Source of the DNA: Trichormus sp. ATA11-4-KO1
GTDB taxonomy: Bacteria; Cyanobacteriota; Cyanobacteriia; Cyanobacteriales; Nostocaceae
Direction: 5' to 3'
NCBI GenBank assembly: GCA_019358915.1
Contig: JAHHIM010000073.1
Location: 64,001 to 128,000, forward strand
DNA length: 64,000 bases
Part shown: positions 59,280-64,000 of the stretch, piece after piece
How positions within the stretch are numbered: the first letter of the stretch is position 1
How the letters are laid out: every line of letters starts with the position of its first letter
Made by a program: the position numbers and the translations under genes
The notes under the pieces: model-generated
Told to the model about the DNA's origin: nothing
Databases searched by the model: none
Seen by the model: only the letters and a program-made list of their open reading frames with translations

Positions 59280-59577
59280 ATGAACCACGAAGACACGAAG
59301 ACACAAAGGGAGCCAATCTCTGAGTCGGTTAATCAGGTGGCTAAACAGATTGTTGATGCTGCATTTGCCGTACGTACATTCTCAGTTCAGTCCAGGGTTA
59401 CTGGAGAGTGTATATGAAGTGTATATGAAGTGTGTCTGATTTATAAGTTGAGGAAGCGAGGATTAAATGTAGCTGCACAAGTTGAGTTACCTGAAACTTT
59501 CTGGTTACCGTGTTGGTCTGCTGAACAACTTCAATGTTCCACTGATTAAAGACGGCATTCAACGAATCGTGCGTTAA
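59280..59577 (+). pseudogene. Degraded GxxExxY-family (PD-(D/E)xK) gene
   Basis: Fragments [49 protein letters not shown], with frameshifting duplications and an internal deletion. Confidence 0.8.
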
Positions 59578-59609
59578 ATTCTTAGTGTCTTAGTGTCTTT
59601 GTGGTAAAT

Positions 59610-60524
59610 TTAGGCGACAGGTAAGGCAACATCCCTAAGAATATTCATTGGCCCATGTGCTTTAAGCAGTTGCATTTCTTCTTCATTTCGTACCAGCAAC
59701 GCACCTGCAAATCCCAGCGAATTTACAGAAATTGAGTCAAAATGCTCTTGCGATCGCGGTACAATTAACATCCATTCTCGTGTAACTAAAAGATTATAAG
59801 CTCCAGATTGTTTGTTGCCAGCAACGGCTGCTAAACCCACACTACGCAACAAGGTATAATATAGCTCCAGTGTTACTTCAGCTGCTGTTAACGGGGACTT
59901 TGCCCAACTAGGATTGAGAGTTGCCAAAGCATGGACAAAAGGCAATCCCGGAATAGTGGCTATCGATTCCTGAAATTCGGCTGATTTTAGTAGCGGTTCT
60001 ATGGGTATCTGAGAACCCGTTGATGTTAGTGGTAAGGGTACTATTTGTAAGTGCTTGTGTCGTTGACTTGCTCCGGCAATTTTACCACCGTTGTAGAATG
60101 CCAAACCCTCAAACTCAGCTAGACAAGCCCACATGGCAGCAAAGTCTTCTAAGGTGAGTAAGGTTTCCTGCTCCTCGAAAGCACGGGTAACAATTAACAA
60201 GTGATAGTCAACAACATTGTATTTGTTCAATATACAAACATGGGTATCGGAGATATCTGCAACAAATAAATCCTCTTCGTAGGGTAGGAAGGGATTAAAC
60301 TCCTTACCGGATGTGTTGGATTTTTTCTGCTGTTGCTTTTGAGCTGCGTCCTTGCGGGCAAGGTTGGATAATATTCGTACTAAGAAGCGAACATGATGCT
60401 GTTCTACAAATTCAAAGTCTGTCGGGATCGACAACAGCGCGCCAGATTGCAAAGCATGTTCAGTCCGCTCCTTGATACTTGTCCACAACGTGCCAGGTTT
60501 CAGCAAGATTTTCCCCTGTGCCAT
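59610..60524 (-). CDS. ATP adenylyltransferase / Ap4A phosphorylase (Apa2-like)
   Basis: NPFLPYE, LNKYNV, FYNGG..AGASQRHKHLQ, VNSLGFAG. Confidence 0.88.
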   Translation of the reverse strand: MAQGKILLKPGTLWTSIKERTEHALQSGALLSIPTDFEFVEQHHVRFLVRILSNLARKDAAQKQQQKKSNTSGKEFNPFLPYEEDLFVADISDTHVCILNKYNVVDYHLLIVTRAFEEQETLLTLEDFAAMWACLAEFEGLAFYNGGKIAGASQRHKHLQIVPLPLTSTGSQIPIEPLLKSAEFQESIATIPGLPFVHALATLNPSWAKSPLTAAEVTLELYYTLLRSVGLAAVAGNKQSGAYNLLVTREWMLIVPRSQEHFDSISVNSLGFAGALLVRNEEEMQLLKAHGPMNILRDVALPVA

Positions 60525-60621
60525 TTTTTTCCTTTGGGCATGGTGGAATATTTTATCAGTTCTGGCTAATTATTTTTAAACACATCTATCAAAAGAGATA
60601 TTTTTTGTGGTGTTGATGACT

Positions 60622-61689
60622 TTAATACACCATCATGTCATTCAACTCGGCAAACATTTCCTCAAGTAGGTCTTCCATAGTTTCCCGGCTCATTTGGCGC
60701 AGAATTTCCGGGCCACGGAGGAATTCTTTAATAGTTATTTTTTGTTCTCGAAAATCCTTAACAAAATCGCGGATAGCAGAAATAACTTGGATTTCAGATT
60801 CCACTTGTTCCACCATATGTCCAATGGGGTCTATGCCTTCTCGAACAGCTTTGCGGCAATCAGAAACCATCGCTCCTTCTGGAGTATTTTTTACTATGCG
60901 AAGTTCATTTTTCAAGGTTTCATATTGATTCTTTAATAATTCATTTTGCTGTTCTATACGAGTGCATTTGCGGGTTAAATCATCTTCACTATTACTATCA
61001 ATAGTTTCTCCTACCTGATGTTGCTGTTCAATTTCCAACAGTCGCGCCAAATCACCTTCTTTGTAGGCTTTGTTGATTTCCTTCATAATTTCCGTATGGC
61101 GCATTTGAGTTTCATCATCTTTTACTTTATCAGGGTGAAAGATTTCGGCTAAACTCAAAAATGTTTGGCGAATTTTCCTCGCAGCATCAGATTTATTTCT
61201 AGAGGGAAAGTCTATTTCCTGCTGGGTTTGCTGATATTGACGGTATTCTTCAGTAGATTCGCCAGAGAAATCATCCTCTTCTTCATTAGTTGCAAATAAT
61301 TCGTCTAATTCTGTATCTTGATCTTCTTCATTATTTTTGGGTTTGGGGCTGATAATTCCCGCTACTTGGAGTTGATAATAAACACCTTCAATATCTTTTT
61401 TACTTTGCTTACCAAACTTTCTCACCGTAAAAATTTCCTCAAACAAAGTATGAATTTCCCGGTCGATATCTACCAGTTTTTGAAAGCTGGGACTACACCG
61501 ATGAAATATGTCTGTGGCTAATGAACGCATCTGCTCGACAAAGTTGTTCAGTTCCGTCCGTTTTCTTTTAATTTGTTTCAATAGCCATTGATGTTCTTTG
61601 TCTAATGTTTCTAGACGGATGTGGAGAGATGAAAGCGCTAGTGATGTTGTTTGATGAGTGTGGGATGGGGATGATGATTTTTGAGGCAT
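60622..61689 (-). CDS. Coiled-coil protein with a central J-domain-like segment
   Basis: IRQTFLSLAEIFHPDK...MKEINKAY flanked by coiled coils. Confidence 0.75.
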   Translation of the reverse strand: MPQKSSSPSHTHQTTSLALSSLHIRLETLDKEHQWLLKQIKRKRTELNNFVEQMRSLATDIFHRCSPSFQKLVDIDREIHTLFEEIFTVRKFGKQSKKDIEGVYYQLQVAGIISPKPKNNEEDQDTELDELFATNEEEDDFSGESTEEYRQYQQTQQEIDFPSRNKSDAARKIRQTFLSLAEIFHPDKVKDDETQMRHTEIMKEINKAYKEGDLARLLEIEQQHQVGETIDSNSEDDLTRKCTRIEQQNELLKNQYETLKNELRIVKNTPEGAMVSDCRKAVREGIDPIGHMVEQVESEIQVISAIRDFVKDFREQKITIKEFLRGPEILRQMSRETMEDLLEEMFAELNDMMVY

Positions 61690-61921
61690 GGAAACAGCTA
61701 ATGGGAATGAGTTTGCAAGGTATCAGGTAGTTACACCTTATACAGATCCTACCGCCAAAACATGAAGATTAGTAAGTTAATCAGTTATCTTTACTTGTTG
61801 TCCATAATGAGTGTAGAAGTTAAAGTTCCCTATTTATAAAAGTAGTGTGTTGCCGTCGGTGTATAAACTGGTCACAATTGCGAGAAACTGAAAGCAGGTC
61901 TATTGAGGAAAGGAGAACCAA

Positions 61922-62281
61922 ATGAGTTGGACTAAAGTTCTTGCAGCTGATGCATTAGCCCCAGGTGGGCGACAAGTAGTAAAAGTTGGCACACGGAAAA
62001 TTTTGCTTTTGAACCATGAAAATCAGCTTTATGCTGTGGATAACACTTGTCCTCACTTAAAAATGCCACTAAAAAATGGCAAAATTACTGAAGATGGGGC
62101 AATTGTTTGTCCTATACATCGCAGCGCTTTTGACTTACAGACTGGTGAAGTACAAGACTGGTGTCCCTGGCCACCTGGTGTAGGCAAAGTACTTTCCATG
62201 ATTTCACAACAAAAAACACTGCCGGTATTTCCTACTCGTGTAGAAGAAGGCAGTATTTGGATTGATATGCAAGAGGGATAG
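61922..62281 (+). CDS. Rieske [2Fe-2S] ferredoxin
   Basis: CPH ... CPIH motifs; strong RBS AAGGAG. Confidence 0.9.
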   Translation: MSWTKVLAADALAPGGRQVVKVGTRKILLLNHENQLYAVDNTCPHLKMPLKNGKITEDGAIVCPIHRSAFDLQTGEVQDWCPWPPGVGKVLSMISQQKTLPVFPTRVEEGSIWIDMQEG

Positions 62282-62374
62282 TAGCCTCTGCATTAGCATA
62301 GCGATCGCTCTTGACAGCCAAAATCAAACTCAGCGCGATCGCTTGCGTGTTTTTTCCTACTCCCCACTCCCCAT

Positions 62375-63058
62375 ATGTTTGAACAACAACCAGAAACTTT
62401 ACAGCAAAAAGTAAAACAGTTAGCCATTCAAGCCCTACAACAATCAAACCCTACGGCATGGTTTGATATTTTATATAGCGAATCCAATGGCGATGTCACA
62501 CAAATTCCTTGGGCAAAGTTAACCCCGCACCCCTATTTACAAGATTGGTTAACTAGTCACAACCCCCAAGGCGAAGGACATTCAGCCTTAGTGATTGGGT
62601 GTGGTTTAGGAGATGATGCAGAAGCTTTAGCCAAGAGAGGATATCAAGTAACCGCCTTTGATATTTCCCCCACGGCGGTTGATTGGTGTCAGCAAAGATT
62701 TCCTGATTCCCCTGTAACCTATGTAGTTGCAGATTTATTGGCGCTTCCTTGGCAATGGCATCAAACTTTTGACTTAGTTGTAGAATCTCGGAATATCCAA
62801 GCTTTACCATTGAGTATTCGCTCAACAATTATTGAGTCAGTTGCTTCTGTAGTCGCAAACAAGGGAAGCCTATTGGTGATTACTCGTTTTCGGGATACTG
62901 AAGCAGAACCCGACGGGCCGCCTTGGCCGTTGTCTAATTCGGAATTGGCACAGTTTGAGAAATTCGGTTTGGACGAAGTTAGCCGTGTTTTATTTTATGA
63001 GGCTGAACAAACTGATATCAAACAACTCCGGATGGAATATAAAAAGTGCGATCGCTGA
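62375..63058 (+). CDS. Class I SAM-dependent methyltransferase (TPMT/TehB-like)
   Basis: LVIGCGLGDDA, FDISPTA, GPPWPL. Confidence 0.85.
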   Translation: MFEQQPETLQQKVKQLAIQALQQSNPTAWFDILYSESNGDVTQIPWAKLTPHPYLQDWLTSHNPQGEGHSALVIGCGLGDDAEALAKRGYQVTAFDISPTAVDWCQQRFPDSPVTYVVADLLALPWQWHQTFDLVVESRNIQALPLSIRSTIIESVASVVANKGSLLVITRFRDTEAEPDGPPWPLSNSELAQFEKFGLDEVSRVLFYEAEQTDIKQLRMEYKKCDR

Positions 63059-63100
63059 AAGACCGCACATAACTCGCGTTTTAAGTACCAAATACTTTAA

Positions 63101-63151
63101 CTCAGCACTCAGCACTCAGCACTCAGCACTCAGCACTCAGCACTCAGCACT
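63101..63151. repeat. STRR (CTCAGCA)x7
   Basis: Perfect tandem heptamers between convergent genes. Confidence 0.92.
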
Positions 63152-63159
63152 TAGAAAAG

Positions 63160-64000
63160 TTAAACGTTAAACCGGAATAACATTACATCTCCTTCCTGCA
63201 CAATATATTCTTTTCCTTCACTGCGAACTAACCCTTTCTCTTTGGCAGCATTCATGGAACCAGTTGCCACTAAGGCATCATAAGCAACGGTTTCCGCACG
63301 AATAAATCCCCGTTCAAAATCAGAGTGAATTACACCTGCTGCTTGAGGTGCAGACATACCGGCATGAATCGTCCAAGCGCGGGTTTCTTTGGGGCCACAG
63401 GTAAAATATGTTCGTAAGCCTAAAAGGGCATAAGTAGCACGAATTAAAGATTTTAAGCCGCCTTCTTCCACACCCAAAGATTCCAGAAAATCAGCTTTAT
63501 CTGCTTCTGGTAATTCCACTAATTCCGCTTCTACTTGCGCCGAAACTATCACAACTTGGGCATTTTCTGAAGCCGCAACTTGCCGGACTTGTTCTACAAA
63601 TTTATTACCTGTGGCCAATTCATCTTCCGATACATTGGCAGCATAGATAATTGGTTTATTGGTCAGCAGTCCGAGTCCTTGAATAATTTCTGCTTCTTCT
63701 TCAGCCAAACTTACCTGACGTACCGATTTACCTTCATTTAAAGCGGCAGCTAATTTTTCTAGTACCGCTACTTCAAACTGTGCATCTTTGCTAGTACGAG
63801 CTTGTTTGCGAGTGCGGTCAATACGCCGCTCAATTTGGGACAAATCGGCTAAACCCAACTCTAAATTAATGATTTCAATATCTCGCGCTGGGTCAACAGA
63901 ACCGGCAACGTGAATAATATCGTCATTTTCAAAGCAACGTACTACATGGACAATGGCATCAACTTCCCGGATGTGGGACAAAAATTGGTTACCTAGTCCC
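63160..64000 (-). CDS. ychF: Redox-regulated ATPase YchF (5' end outside the window)
   Basis: GLGNQFLSHIREVDAI, TYFTCGPKETRAW, IHSDFERGFIRAE, VRSEGKEYIVQEGDV. Confidence 0.95.
   Translation of the reverse strand, partial: GLGNQFLSHIREVDAIVHVVRCFENDDIIHVAGSVDPARDIEIINLELGLADLSQIERRIDRTRKQARTSKDAQFEVAVLEKLAAALNEGKSVRQVSLAEEEAEIIQGLGLLTNKPIIYAANVSEDELATGNKFVEQVRQVAASENAQVVIVSAQVEAELVELPEADKADFLESLGVEEGGLKSLIRATYALLGLRTYFTCGPKETRAWTIHAGMSAPQAAGVIHSDFERGFIRAETVAYDALVATGSMNAAKEKGLVRSEGKEYIVQEGDVMLFRFNV

Noticed and set aside
63101..63151. Tandem repeats here and at 11459 and 50395 as CRISPR arrays
   Set aside because: They are 7-nt units with no spacers and no cas genes; typical STRRs

Overview
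AT-rich chromosomal window from a filamentous, most likely heterocyst-forming (Nostocales-type) cyanobacterium, judged from abundant HIP1 octamers (GCGATCGC), heptameric STRR tandem repeats and the ndhAIGE operon. Housekeeping and metabolic genes include cysS, recQ, alr, sixA, gltA, ndhAIGE-NAD kinase, treS, susA, recN and ychF. Also present: a zinc-starvation operon (thrS2-COG0523-folE) with a Zur box, a glycosyltransferase cluster, several two-component modules, three pseudogene remnants and many small repeats, some nested or inserted in-frame in genes. The most notable observations are (1) a 55-codon ORF missing from the ORF track (43296-43463, minus) ending in DRGSGR, the HetR-inhibitory motif of PatS/HetN/PatX, outside the usual patS/patX gene context; (2) a translationally coupled RusA-like / REase-HEPN-antitoxin fusion / VapC cassette inserted between the DHH gene and sixA; and (3) a DM13 lipoprotein-DUF4079-histidine kinase operon. 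All calls come from reading motifs by eye; no database searches were run.
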